A stretch of DNA of 64,000 bases, from contig NC_092010.1 in the NCBI RefSeq assembly GCF_044704955.1, forward strand, positions 22,196,001-22,260,000. The letters are read 5' to 3'. Source of the stretch: Pristiophorus japonicus (lineage: Eukaryota). A program made the position numbers and the translations under genes. The notes below the pieces were generated by a model that saw only the letters and a program-made list of their open reading frames with translations, had not been told where the DNA came from and ran no database searches. Below, piece by piece: positions 39,812-52,670 of this stretch. How positions within the stretch are numbered: the first letter of the stretch is position 1; each line of letters opens with the position of its first letter.

Positions 39812-40098
39812 GAAGAACTTGCATTTCTATAGCGCCTTTCACAACCTCAGGATGTCCCAAAGTGCTTTGCAGCCAATAAAGTCGTTTTTGGAGTGTAGTC
39901 ACTTGTAATGTGGGAAATGCGGCAGCCAATTTGCGCACAGCAAGCTCCCACACACAGCAATGTGATAATGACCAAACAATCTGTTTTAGTGATGTTGATT
40001 GAAGGATAAATATTGGCCCAGGACACCGGGGATGTCTCCCCTGCTCTTCTTCGAACTAGTGCCATGGGATCGTTTACAACCACCTGAGAGAGCAGACG
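39812..40098 (-). mobile_element. Deu-domain SINE, 5'-truncated
   Basis: Family match. Confidence 0.85.
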
Positions 40099-40484
40099 TC
40101 TTGAGATCTGTTTAAACAAATCTCCAGCTCTCGCCACCAGGGTTTTGGCATGATCGGCTGGAATCCAATAGTGAGCTTCAATGGATGCACTACAGAGGTG
40201 AGTCGGAGAACCCATATTTACTGGGCCTTTCCAGCTGCTGGTCGCGGCAAATGCAAGCAAGTTTCCCTTCAGCATCCTGCCCGCTGTGCGAGCGCCATGC
40301 GCCGAGGGTTTACTAACTCTGGTTGGACGTTTTCCTGGAGGGAGCGTCCCGCCCCCACACTCCTGCCATTGGTCGCTCGGCACCTCCGTCCAGGAGACGC
40401 ACCACCTTTCCGCGCCAATTGCAAAGCGAACCAGCTCGATGGGCTGAATGGCCTCCTTCTGTGCTGTACTATTCTATGGTTTAT

Positions 40485-40770
40485 GGTCTCGTCCGCTCCC
40501 TATCTCTGCAACCTCCCCCAGGTTTTTAATCCCCCCCCCCCCTCCCCGGAGGTCTCTGCACTCCTTCAATTCCAGCCTCTTGCGCATCCCTAATTTTCAT
40601 CGCTCCACCATCGGCGATTGTGCTTCAGCTGCCTGGGCCCTAAGCTCTGGAATTCCCTCTCTTTTAAGACGCCTATGTCTTTGACTAAGCTTTTGGTCAT
40701 CTGACCTCAATATCTTCTTGTGTGGCTCGGTGTCAAATTTTGTTAAATGCTCCTGTGAAGTGCCTGGGTT
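40485..40770 (+). mobile_element. L2 3' fragment
   Basis: GCCTGGGCCCTAAGCTCTGGAATTCCCT and flanking L2 sequence. Confidence 0.8.
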
Positions 40771-41629
40771 TTTCCTTTGAATAGTCCAATCCCGTTTCTC
40801 CAGGGTGCCGTGGAGATTCATCCTTAATTCCTGGGGACGACGACTCCTTCAGGGCAGTCCCAGAGGGTTGGTGGCCCCCCCAGACATGCTTCAAAAGGCC
40901 GCATGCTTCTTGCACATTGTGAGAGCAGCTCCAGATTTTGGCACCGTGATGAGGGAGCGGGATTGAGTAATGTGAACATGAACAAAACAAGCTCCGAAGG
41001 CAAGAGCAGATTTGGTCTGAGCATATCGTTGGAGGCGAGCCGCCTTGTTATTCTTCGGAGCAAATATATTTTTCGCTTCTTGCGTGAAATGCACTGTGGA
41101 AATTTGTGTGTGTGTGTGTGTGTGGGGGGCGGGTAAAATTGATGTTTGGCGACCGGTTGATAAAGTGCTGATTTGTTCAGTCTAGTGGCCTCTCCAGACT
41201 AGTGTGCGACTTGGTTTGTGTGTGCTGGGTGTGTCTGGTAACTGGTTCCGAATAAAGTGCTGATTGTTCGATGTCTGACCTCTCCAGACTAGTGCTTGTA
41301 GCTGTTGCTTTGTTGCGAGTTTGGGAGCTGTAAACAGGATTAAGCAAATGACGGGCGACCAGAAGAGATCCAACGCCAAGAAAACAATCAATGTCCTGTT
41401 TCAGACGGATCTCAATAGACATCAATCCCAAGAGAGCCTCTGGTTTTTAAAAAAAAAGTTCTCACCTAATCCAGGATCAATGCCGAATGAAGCCAGATAA
41501 GGAAAAAAAAAGTTTGCATCAGCAATTAAACCTTGTGCCTGGAATACAACTCAAAACAGGGAGCTTGTGGTCTATTCCCCATTGTGTTCACTGAAGCCCA
41601 GCAGGCAATGACAACTTGTGACTGTGATC

Positions 41630-42128
41630 TTCAAATTCTCGCCCCACTCTATCTCTGTAACCTCCTCTAGCGCTACATCCCTCCCTATCTCTGTAACCCC
41701 CTCCAACCCTACAACCCTCCCCATCTCTGTAACCTCCTCCAGCCCCTACACCCCTCCCTATCTCTGTAACCTCCAGCCTTACAACCCTCCAAGATCTCCC
41801 CATCTCTGTAACCTCCTCCAGCCCCTACACCCCTCCCTATCTCTGTAACCTCCAGCCTTACAACCCTCCAAGATCTCTGCGCTCCTCCAACTCTGCCCTC
41901 TCGTGCATCTCCGATTTTCATTGTTCCACCATCGGTGGCCATGCCTTCTGTTGCCTGGGCCCCAAGCTCTGGAATTCGCTCCATAAACCTCTCCACCTCT
42001 CTCCTTAAAACTGACCTCTTTGATGACTTGTCCTAATTAGGTGACTCTGTCAATTTTCTGTCTGATAACGCTTCTGTGAAGCCCCTTGGCACGCTTTACG
42101 ATATTAAAGGCGCTATGTAAATGCAAAA
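41630..42128 (+). mobile_element. L2 3' fragment with an internal tandem expansion
   Basis: Six copies of ATCTCTGTAAC, then the normal L2 end. Confidence 0.82.
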
Positions 42129-43829
42129 CGTTTCAGTGTCGCGAGATGAATTTCCACCCGGAGTTCCCAGATGGTTCTGTGTTTATCACCCATACAGACA
42201 GGAGGATGTGGGATGGCACCAGAGGTGGTACTAATGCCTGGGTTAGGGAGATGATGGATGAGCCAGAGTTCCTGCTTCTGATAGCCCACTGCAGGAAACG
42301 TGGTGGTCGGCGGGGGCGGGTCCTGTGTTGGGGATGTGCGTGGGGAGAGGGGACGGAAGGGTCGGGGCAGGGCTTGGCTTGGCTGTGCTGTGATGCCTTC
42401 CTGTCGCCAAATAGCAGTGCTGGCATTCACTTGTCACTAAGGAGTCGATGCCTTTCGTGGGAGCAAAGAAAATTTGAGTGGGCGAGGGGAGGATTTCCAC
42501 CGGAGAATAAAATGGACATCTTTTTTACCAGCTGCTGTCATTTCACATACTTTGAAGTGCAGCAGCTATGTAGGCAAGTGGCATTTTAGTGCACGGCAAG
42601 ATCTCACAAATAAGGTAATTGCCCAGTTGATGTGTTTTTGGTATGTGGGAGTGGCGAGATGTTCGCCGGGACTCCGGGGTGGGTGGGAAAGTCTGCTGTT
42701 GATCAAATGGTGCTTGGGGGGACCTTTTTGATGTTCCATCAGACTGGGTCTCTATTCAGTGCCTCGTCCAAATGATGACCCTGCTGGCAATGCTGCACTT
42801 CTTCAGCACCGCATTGACGTGCGAGCCCGGATTATGCGCTCAGCCCCCACGGCCGTCTAAATCCACTGGTGGGCGCTCTTCCGACTGAACCACGTCGATA
42901 CTGAAAAGAAGTTGCTCCCAAGGCAGCAGCGGTCAATCAAAACGTTCACTTGGTGCAAAGCTCTCTCAAATGTTGCCTTGTGGTTGTTGAGGAATGTTGA
43001 GTAAAAATCATGCCGTGGTTTCATTTGTGTTCAGTTTCTTGGCTCTGTGTAGCAGGTGGTACTGCTAGGGTTGGAGATGTAGTTATGGTACTGGATTAGC
43101 AACCCAAAGGTTGTAATTTGTGGGTTAGCACCAATAAAAATGACTGAAAGCTGCCAGATTTATCGTATTAAACGACTGCTACGCTGATATCCTTAAGGGG
43201 AGGGAACCCACCACCCCTACTCAGTTTTGCTACACTCATGCTAATGGGGCTAATGGGGGATGGGTGATAAATACCAGCGTCGCTCATGTTTTTGAGACTT
43301 TTTTTCAATGAATAGATTTTTAAAAAATACACCTTTGGTGTCGAGTTTAGTTCTTTTTATAAATTTCTGAATAACCCAATTTCGTGTGTGGGTAGGTGTC
43401 AAGGCCGGCATTTGTTGCCCATCCCTAGTTGCCCTTGAGAGGCTGGTGGTGAGCCGCCGCCGTCTTCAACCGCTGCGCGTGTGCGCTTGCTCACGTGCGT
43501 CGTCCTGATCTTTGCCGTCTCCACCTTTCAGCTCAATAAGTGCACTGCTACAGCACTCCACTGCAGTCACTATTTGCAATCGTGCCACTTGATCTGTTGA
43601 AGGTGCAATCGTGGATTGAGACGGGACCGGCCTTGCTTGCTGTCTTCATCGTTTTGCCAGCGGCGTACTCCACTCCGCTGAAGACTGGGCTTTTTATTGT
43701 TAACAGACCACTGTCCCTTCATTGTTTGGAACCTCCGACTCCCATGCATTTTTTTTTTTGGGTCCCTGTTCATGCCTCCGTGCCTGAACGTGCTTACTCT
43801 TACCAGGGTACAGTTACACGGGTGCTGTA

Positions 43830-44120
43830 CACTTGGTCTCCAGTCGTCTTGGTCAATCCTTGCCACTGGACCAAGACCAAGCTCCGTCAAGCCCATGTGG
43901 TGGCTGGAGTGCAACGGCCACCCCACGTTTATTAAAAAAAAAAAAAAAATCCACGCACAGGCATCCACCCCAACCACCCGTCCCTCCAACCACTGCCTGC
44001 CCCACCTGTGACGGAGACTGTGGGTCCCGCATTGGACCCTTCAGTCACCTGAGAACTTGTGTTAGTGTGGAAGCAAGTCATCCTCGACTCCGGGGGATTA
44101 CATCAGAAGACTAAGATGAC
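43830..44120 (+). mobile_element. Internally deleted RTE derivative
   Basis: Non-coding body shared with the 51829 and 53816 copies, fused to the RTE zinc-finger 3' end. Confidence 0.7.
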
Positions 44121-44231
44121 ACTTCAAAAGAACTTCATTGGCTGTGAAGCGCTTTGGGGACGTCCTGAGGTTGTGAAAGGCGCTATATAAATGCAAGTCT
44201 TTTTTCGTTTTTTTTTAGTGCAATTGCTATT

Positions 44232-44480
44232 GGGGCAGAAATTCCGGCCTCCCAGATCGGTACGGAGTGTGTATGGACCCGGGAAGGCATCGCAAAAGCC
44301 GGTTTTCGGTGCACAATGCGCATGCGCTGAAACCCGGCTTTTCTCAAGCTGGAGCTTGACAGATCTTCTGTATCTCGGCACCCAGGACATTTGCATGGGC
44401 AGGATTGCGGTATTTACCCATCGCTTGCCCAGCAAATGACCTGAAAACGCTTGCGCCTGAGGAAAGCTGATTACCCACTG
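44232..44480. mobile_element. Harbinger-type non-autonomous element end
   Basis: Starts GGGGCAGAAATTCC; internal palindrome AAAAGCCGG...CCGGCTTTT; second TIR not found. Confidence 0.45.
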
Positions 44481-44737
44481 TCGAGAAGCGATCCTGAAGA
44501 GTGCAATGCTTGCTGCATCTTGGTACAGGTGAGGGATGGGTCGGGTCACCAACCCTCCAGGATTGTCCTGGAGTCTCCAGCAATGAATCTCCTGGACACT
44601 TCTGCGAGCAGACCCGGGAGAAAAATTCTAGGGATATTTATAAAGTGTTTTTTTCCTTTTTTTTGGAGGCGGGAGGTCATGCGATTAAACCTCCAGGAAT
44701 ACGTCCAACCAGTGTTGGCGACCCCTCGGAATGGGGC

Positions 44738-44955
44738 AGAGAGAGTGGTGAATGCGCTACCACAGGGAGTGGTTGAGGCCAATAGCAGAGATGCATTTAA
44801 GGGGAAGCTGGATAAACACATGAGGGAGAAAGGAATAGAAGGATATGTTGATGGGGTGAGATGAAGAGGGGCGGGAGGAGGCTCGTGTGGAGCATAAACA
44901 CCGGCACGGACTTGTTGGGCCGAGTGGCCTGTTTCTGTGTTGTAAATACTATGGT
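44738..44955 (+). mobile_element. CR1 3' fragment
   Basis: Encodes LPQGVVEANSRDAFKGKLDKHM. Confidence 0.85.
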
Positions 44956-45828
44956 AAAAGCAGCCAAAGGCTGGAAAGGATTATCCACAGCAGAGTACTG
45001 CCGAAGGATTGAAGGGAGCAATGCATTAATGTTAAAAGCTAGCTCCTGAGTGGGTTTTTATCTGTTGATCTTGCTGGTGAGTAACCTGCCTGGGGCTAGT
45101 GCACAAGCGGAATTTCCAAGCCCTGCTATGGAAGCGTCTAATCCTTTTTTAAAAGCCAGACTAAGTTAATGCGCAAAAAAAAATGTTTATTATTGTGTAA
45201 TCCTCTTGATATTTCTGACTATTATTTTGTTAAACCGAGTTAAAGATGTAGCCACATCCAAGAGTTGGGGCCTGAGAGCAGGCCGCTTGCCATAGCAACC
45301 AGTGCTGCTGCTATTGAGCGAAAAATGTGGGAGATGCCAGAGTTTCTTTCTTGGATGTTTATACACACTAAGAGAGTGCAAAATATGTATTGCATCTTAT
45401 TTTCACCCTCCCCTCCCTTTTTCCTGCCTCGCTCCAGCTGGTACAAACCAATGCTCCCTCGAACCTATTTTTTGGTTGTGCGTGGCCCCTTTTTCCCATT
45501 TAAAAGCCGGGACCTCTAGACTGCTGCACTGCTCAACCGGGACATTGGTGCCAACTCTTTCCAGGGGGCATTGGGGGTTCCCAGTTGCTGGGTGCCCTCT
45601 GCTGCCTCGCCAGGCTGGCCATTCCTCATGTTTTGTGCGGTGGTGGTGAGTGTTTGGATTGCTATTGGAACTCCAACCAAGCCCGATCCTGTTGCCCCGC
45701 CCCTCGCCCCAGCCCCCCCGCCCCCAGCCCCATGTTCACGTATCTGCACTTTCCCTGGCAGTTGGTCGCGATCAGGGATGTGTAACTATGCTCGCCAGCT
45801 CTGGATGGGCCTTTTCCTGCAGGTTTAT

Positions 45829-46182
45829 AATCATAGAATGTTTACAGCACAGAAGGAGGCCATTCGGCCCGTCGAGCCCGTGCCGGCTCTCTGCAAGAGC
45901 ACTTCAGCCAGTCCCACTCCCCCGCCCTTTCCCCGTAGTCCTGCAAATTTTTTTACTTCAGGTACTTATCCAACTCCCTTTTGAAAGCCACGCTTGAGTC
46001 TGCCCCCACCACCCTATCAGGCCGTGCATTCCAGATCCTAACCACTCGCTGCGTAGAAAAAAGTTTCCCCTCATGTCGCCTTTAGCTCTTTTGCCGACCA
46101 CCTTAAATCTGTGTCCTCTGGTTCTCGACCCTTCCGCCAATGGGAACAGCTTCTCTCTGTCTCTTCTGTCCAGACCCCTCGT
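45829..46182 (-). mobile_element. CR1 3' fragment
   Basis: Encodes GSRTRGHRFKV; TTCTATGATT tail. Confidence 0.88.
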
Positions 46183-46689
46183 GGCTTCATCACATAACCG
46201 CCCGCCTCAAACCACCCCACCCCCACACTCCCGCATTGGTCCATACTCCGAGCGCACCGCCTTCCCACTGCTAATTGGGAAGGGCACAAACTCTTGTGCA
46301 ATTGGATTAATTGTGGCTTCTTAGTGGAAGAGGCTTCTCCCCCTGCCGCCCAACTCCAATATTTTTTGATAAATAAATGAAAGTGTTCAAAGAAAATGGG
46401 GTGGGGGGGAACATGATCCTATGATCTTTCTCCCTGGGTCCCTCTCAGTGTCCTGGAGATCCGTCTTCAATTCCTGGAGACTCCAGGACCATTCTAGAGA
46501 TTTGGCGACTGCATTGGGAACTTGAGTTAATATATACTGCCCCCCCCCCCCACCTAGTTGCAGTGTCCATATTGCTACCCCAATTAAGATCACTACCGAA
46601 CAGAGGATTAAGCTTCGGATTCTATCCCAGAGGGCTGTGGCCTGTGGAGTATATTCAAGACAGCGGTCGATTAAATGTTTGGGAACACG

Positions 46690-47321
46690 GGGTTGGATTT
46701 TCATCTTTGATGATTTTTGGGGCGGTAATGGCGGCCGGGCGGTAAAGTTAGCGCCCGGGAACAGTTTGCGCCTCAGTAGGTAAATTTGGGCAGCTGGGCC
46801 ATGAGTCAGGGGGCGCAGCGCTGAGGGAGGTGTTGTACACCTCTCTCGGGGCGTTAGGGTGGGAAACTCCCGAGCTAAAGAGCCGGGCCGGGAGCGCTCC
46901 CAGAGATGCCTGGGGATCGGGAAAAAAACTCAAAACCCCACAAAAACATTCCCATAACATTGCCCATGCCACCACAACATCAATTGCAAATAAAATGAAA
47001 AGAACAAACAATCACGTTTACCTCAGAAGTTCATTGCTTATCTCTGCAGTCGGTATCGTTGCCCCGCCCGATTTCCCAGGCGATCACTGCGGGGCGGACG
47101 GGTCGGGCGGGAGTCAAAACTCGCGCCGGTGTCGTAACCAGGGGGCGTTGCACACCGGGCGCAGCTCTTCCGGGCGGTGCTGCTCTGCGCCGCCGCTAAA
47201 CCGGACCCGAGGATCGCCGCGGGGCACTGGAGGCTGACCGCCCGGCCAGAGCACCTCACCGCCGCCATTGTCGCCGCTCCGGGGCGAAAAACAGAGCGCA
47301 GAGGGACCTGAAAATCTGCCC
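46690..47321. mobile_element. Harbinger-type MITE inserted in a CR1 3' fragment (about 46615-47425)
   Basis: Imperfect TIRs GGGTTGGATTTTCA / TGAAAATCTGCCC; flanking triplets ACG and ATG; CR1 sequence continues on both sides. Confidence 0.7.
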
Positions 47322-47908
47322 ATGGGGATTTAAGGGGTGTGGGGAAAATGTGGGAAAGTGGAGTTGAGGTAGAAGATCAGCCATGATATTGAATGGTGGA
47401 GCAGGCTCGAGGGGCCTATTTCTTGCGTCTTCCTTATCTGCATGTCCGTTCACCATAACCGGGTCTTGTCTCCTGAGCTATCCACTCAATTCTCCACTCC
47501 GACACCTCCATAGACTTTGTGGGCAGTCTGGTCACTCAAATGTTAGTAATCCTATCCATGAAAGAGGGATTACGGAGCCAACCACCTGAACTCTAGATCT
47601 TTCCATTTAAAAAAAAACCCTGCTTCTGAAAGAAAATCTTACTCGGCAAGTTTTTACTCCACGTCAGTATCTTCAGCTTATCGTGTTCAAGCTAAACTGA
47701 CTGAGCTGCTCATGCAAGTGAGGTCAGTGGTGTGGATTGTTACCTTATTAAAATTTCTGCCCCAGCCCAGTCACGCATGAGTCGTTTTTTCTTGTTTCCT
47801 GAGGAGCTATCGGAGAGCTGAGTGACAGAGAAGAGTTTTAAAAATTCCTTCCTTTTTTGATCTTTTGCGCCCACTTTGGCGGAGGAGGTTTGACCTCTCG
47901 TCCAAAAG

Positions 47909-48405
47909 ACATCATCATCATAGGCACTCCCTCTGAATCGAGGAAGACTTGCTTCCACTCAAAATGAGTTCTTAGGTGGCTGAACAGTTCAATACCAGAA
48001 CCACAGTCCCTGTCACAGGTGGGACAGATAGTCGTTGAGGGTAAGGGAGGGTGGGACTGGTTTGCCGCACGCTCTTTCCGCTGCCTGCGCTTGATTTCTG
48101 CATGCTCTCGGCGACGAGACTCGAGGTGCTCAGCGTCCTCCCGGATGCACTTCCTCCACTTGGGGCGATCTTTGGCCAGGGACTACCAGGTGTCAGTGGG
48201 GATGTTGTACTTTTATCAAGAAGGCTTTGAGGGCATCCCTGTAACGTTTCCTCTGCCCAACTGGGGCTCGTTGCAGTGTAGGAGTTCCGAGTAGAGCGCT
48301 TGCTTTGGGAGTCTTGTGTCTGGCATGCGAACAATGTGGCCTGCCCAGCGGAGCTGATCAAGTGTGGTCAGTGCTTCCATGCTGGGGACGTTGGCCTGGT
48401 CGAGG
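47909..48405 (-). mobile_element. RTE 3' fragment
   Basis: Encodes QLRWAGHIVRMPDTRLPKQALYSEL; (CAT)n at its 3' end. Confidence 0.9.
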
Positions 48406-48756
48406 CAATGCCTCCCACAGTGCACCACTGGCATTTCAGCCAAGTTTGTGGCCTCAAAGTCCTGAGGAGGGTCGCTATCATCATCTGCTGTTCTCTAGTT
48501 GTGGTTCTCGGGCTGTGCACTCCTTTAGCCTCTTCAAATAGACACCGTGAAATTTTCATGGTTAGTTTGAATTCGGATTGTAATTCCAGGATTTGAACCG
48601 TCTTTTCTCTGACTGATTCTAGGGCCTCTGAATGCAACTTTAGATCGAAGGAGGACCATTCGTTTACGGTGACTGAATGGCATTCTGTTTCTAGTGCATG
48701 AAACTCTAATATTTTTTAATGGCATTTTGGGAGATTACATTCAGCAAATCTTTATA

Positions 48757-49187
48757 AAGAAAGAAAGACTTACATTTATATAGTGCCTTTCATGACCACC
48801 GGACGTCTCAAAGCGCTTTACAGCCAATGCAGTACTTTTGGAGTGTAGTCACTGTTGTAATGTGGGAAACGTGGCAATTTGCGCACAGCAAGCTCCCACA
48901 AACTGCAATGAATTAACGACCAGATAATCTGTTTTTGTTATGTTGATTTAAGGGATAAATATTGGCCAGGGCACCGGGGAGAGCTCCCCTGCTCTTCTTC
49001 GAAATAGTGCCGTGGGATCTTTTATGCCCACCTCGGTTTAACTTCTTATCCAAAAGGCGGCACCTCCGACAGTGCAGCACTCCCTCAGCACTGCACTGGG
49101 TATGTCGGCTAGATTGATGTGCTCAAGTCCCTGGAGTGGGACTTGAACCCACAACCTTCTGACTCAGAAGCGAGGGTGCTACCCACT
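48757..49187 (-). mobile_element. Deu-domain SINE
   Basis: Family match. Confidence 0.88.
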
Positions 49188-49726
49188 AAGGGACAGCTAA
49201 TTTCTATAATCTCGGCTATTGGTTTACGTGCCATTTTTTTGTACATACTGGAGTTCTGATTATGCGCCATGATTCGGTATCTCCCCGCCCCCCCTCCCCC
49301 AGCCCCCATGAAAATGGTTTTCGATACAAGGAATCTGATTCGCTTGTTTGATCTTATCCCTTTCTCCTTCGTTGCCATTCTTTTGTTCTGCATTCTTTTG
49401 CAGAAGTGATGGGCTGGGGGTGGGGGTGGGGGAAGGGCAGAGGTGTCCAGACTCTATAATTAAGCCGGGACACCAGCTGTGCCGTCCTTCAACTGGAAAT
49501 ATTTAACATTGTCTTTTATCTGCGGGACACGGTTGAGATAAGTGGGGGATGGGGAGGAGTCAGATGGGAGATCTAAGTGCCGGCTCACTTGCTGTGTTTA
49601 CAGCTTTTCAATTCTTAGCCGAATGCTGATGCCACCTGTTGTAAGATGGGGAATGTAAGCGTGGAGTCGCTTCCCAATGAACCCCCCCGGCCCCCGAATG
49701 GGCTCAGTCAGTAATTGCTGCATTTA

Positions 49727-50118
49727 AGAACACAAGAATTAGGAGCAAGAGTAGGCCATTCGGCAAGATCATGGCTGATCTACCTCAACTCCACTTTCCT
49801 GCACTATCCCTTGATTCCCTTCATATCCAAAAATCTATCGATCGCCATCTTGAATATACTCAATGACTGAGCCTCCACAGCCCTCTGGGGTAGAGAATTC
49901 TAAAGATTCACCACCCCTCAGTGAAGAAGTTTCTCCTCATCTAAATGGCCGACCCCTTATTCTGAGACTGTGACCCCTGGTTCTGGACTCCCCAGCCCGG
50001 GAAACCTCCTCCCTGCATCTACCCTGTCGATCTCCCCCTCAAAATGTTACATGTTTCAATGAGATCACCTCTCATTCTTTTAAGAGAGTGTAGGCCCAAT
50101 CTACTCCGTCTCTCCGCA
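49727..50118 (-). mobile_element. CR1 3' fragment
   Basis: Reverse complement of the 37226-type subfamily. Confidence 0.85.
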
Positions 50119-50744
50119 TTTACTAAGCTGCAAGGATTTGATCCCTGTTCACTGCCGAGTTAGCAGGTCCCCTCTGGGATGGGTGGTAGAGGTTCTCCAA
50201 TTTAGCTTGACACTCGGGCTCCTGCTTCTGGTTGCTATCCCGTGATTACTGCTGCAAAGCACGTGTTGGCCCCGGGTGAAAACCAGACCCATCTTGGCTG
50301 GGCTGGCTTCATCTTTCCCTTTTTGTTTCCCCATTTCCCTCCTCCATTACCCACCAACGCTCCATGTATGCGGTCACTCCGTGCATGCGTACACCGACAT
50401 GAACACATCTGCAAGTGGTGGCTAGGACCTACGCAACCATACCCAGCGTGAATCAGCGCTTTCAGAAGGAACAAGGAAGGAAGTTGGATCTGAAGCAAAG
50501 CAACCCCAATTTAGCTCTTCCCCTGCTGTTCAATGAACAGTATGGAGAACACTGAAAGGTGGGACGCTGGAAGACATGTCTGTATCTGATGAGCAGTGTT
50601 GATTAAACGGCAGTGTGGAGGTTTAAAGTGGAATACGTTCTGTCCAGCTCTCTCTCCGCCTCTCCTTGATACACGGACTCTTGGTGTATTGATCCATAGG
50701 GGTCGGGCTTCTTTATTTGAGTTTGATGAGAGCAACATTGTCAA

Positions 50745-51070
50745 CCCCACATTTATTGCCCAGTTCCCGGAGAGCATTCAGGTGCCAACCATGTAGTGTC
50801 CGACTGGAATGTGGGCCAGACTGGCGAAGAGTGGCAGGTACTGGAAGAGCAATCGAAGCAAAGAAACAAATGGTGACACAACACAACACAACCAAAGCCA
50901 AACAAACAAACAAACACACAATTTTAGCTTGAGGGTCTGTGAAATTTGACCGGGTTTATGGTCACTTGATGCTGACGGCCCACAAATCCCCAGATTTATT
51001 GACTTCACAACTTGTGGTGGTGGGATTGGAACTTTCGACCTTTGCCAGCCCAGTGCCATAATTGCTGCAC
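50745..51070 (-). mobile_element. Old SINE-like repeat of a second family
   Basis: GGGCAATAAATG-type tail; a related degenerate + strand copy near 43070-43300. Confidence 0.4.
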
Positions 51071-51828
51071 TCCAGGACCTCCGACAAGGGCGTCGTTCCT
51101 CTGCGAGGTTATACAGTAAGTGTTGATGGGCTATTCAACTGTAGGGCACTTCACACCCTAGCCCAAACTTCCCCCCCCCCCCCCCCCACAATGTGACATC
51201 CTTGCAGCAGCTGTCGCTGGCTAGGCGATCGGGAATTTTTTTTGTAAATTATAAAATATTGAATAAAATGTGTCTCATTCCAGCTGTGTGTTTAGTGCTT
51301 GAAGCTTGTACTTGGCAATAGATTGCAGTGACCAACAATTACATTGCACTATAATGTAACGAGCAAACTTCCACCCTCCATAAACCTGAGCACATCTAAA
51401 ACTCATCACCCCCTGTGCTCGCTGACCTCCATTGGCTCCCGGCTAAGCAACGCCTCGATTTCAAAATTCTCATCCCTTCATGCCTCGCCCCTCCCTATCT
51501 CTATAATCTCCTCCAGCCCTACAACCCTCTGAGATCTGAGCTCCTGCAATTCTGGCTCCTTGCGCTCCTCCGATTTCCATCACTCCGCCATCGGTGGCCG
51601 TGCCTTCGGCTGTCTAAGCCCCAAGCTCAGGAACTCCCTCCCTAAACCTCTCCGACTCTCCACCTCTCCTCCTTTAAGATGCTCATTCAAACCTACCTCT
51701 TTGACCAAGCTTTTGGTCACCTGCCCCAATAACTCCTTTAGTGGCTCGCTGTCACATTTTGTCGTAACGCTCCTGTGAAGCTCCTTGAGATGTTTTCCTG
51801 GAAAGAAGAAAGCAAGCCTAGCATTTCT

Positions 51829-52354
51829 CATCATCATAGGCAGTCCCTCGAAACGAGGATGACTTGCTTCCACGCCAAAAAAAGATAAGTTCACAGGTGT
51901 TTCAATGAAGGACCTAATATTCCAGGTCCTGAACTACATGTTGAAGGGTGGAAGCTGCCTGTGCGTGGATTTTTTAACGTGGGGTGACCGTTGCACACCA
52001 GCCCCCACACGGGCTTGACAGAGCGAGGTCTTGGTCCAGTGGCAAGGGTTAACTAGGACGACTGGAGACCAGCTCTGCTGCACGGACCTAGTGCGCACAC
52101 ATATCGCAGTGTGGGCTGGGCCCGTGCTGCCCCTGGGCCCCTGGCCCCGAACTCGCCCCTCTCCTGGGCCCTGACCTCGCGGTCCTGCTGTATCTGCCCA
52201 CGCTCCAATCACCGACTTGGGCCTTGATGATGTCACTCTTTGCTGCCGTCGCCCTCCTGCACCAGCTCACACAGCTTCCTGAAGTAGCCTCCACGCTGCT
52301 CCCGGGCTGCTCACCTCCGCTCCTGGTGTTCTCACGCAGGTCGGGGCCTCCACG
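51829..52354 (-). mobile_element. Non-autonomous RTE-tailed element
   Basis: (CAT)n-AGGCAGTCCCTCG tail shared with RTE; non-coding body; GCATTT on both sides. Confidence 0.75.
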
Positions 52355-52670
52355 CTGCATTTATATAGCGCCTTTCACAACCACCGGACGTCTCAAAGCG
52401 CTTTACAGCCAATGAAGTACTTTTGAAGCATAGTCACTGTTGTAATGTGGGAAACACGACAGCCAATTTGTGCACAGCAAGCTCCCACTAACAGCAATGT
52501 GATAATGACCAGATAATTTGTTTTTGTGATGTTGATTGAAGGATAAATATTGGCCCCAGGACACTGGGGATAACACCCATGCTCTTCTTTGAAATAGTGC
52601 CGTGGGATCTTTTACGTCCATCTGAGAGGGCAGACGGGGCCTTGGTTTAACGTCTCATCTGAAAGACGGA
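52355..52670 (-). mobile_element. Deu-domain SINE, 5'-truncated
   Basis: Family match; its extreme tail lies at about 51803-51827. Confidence 0.85.
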
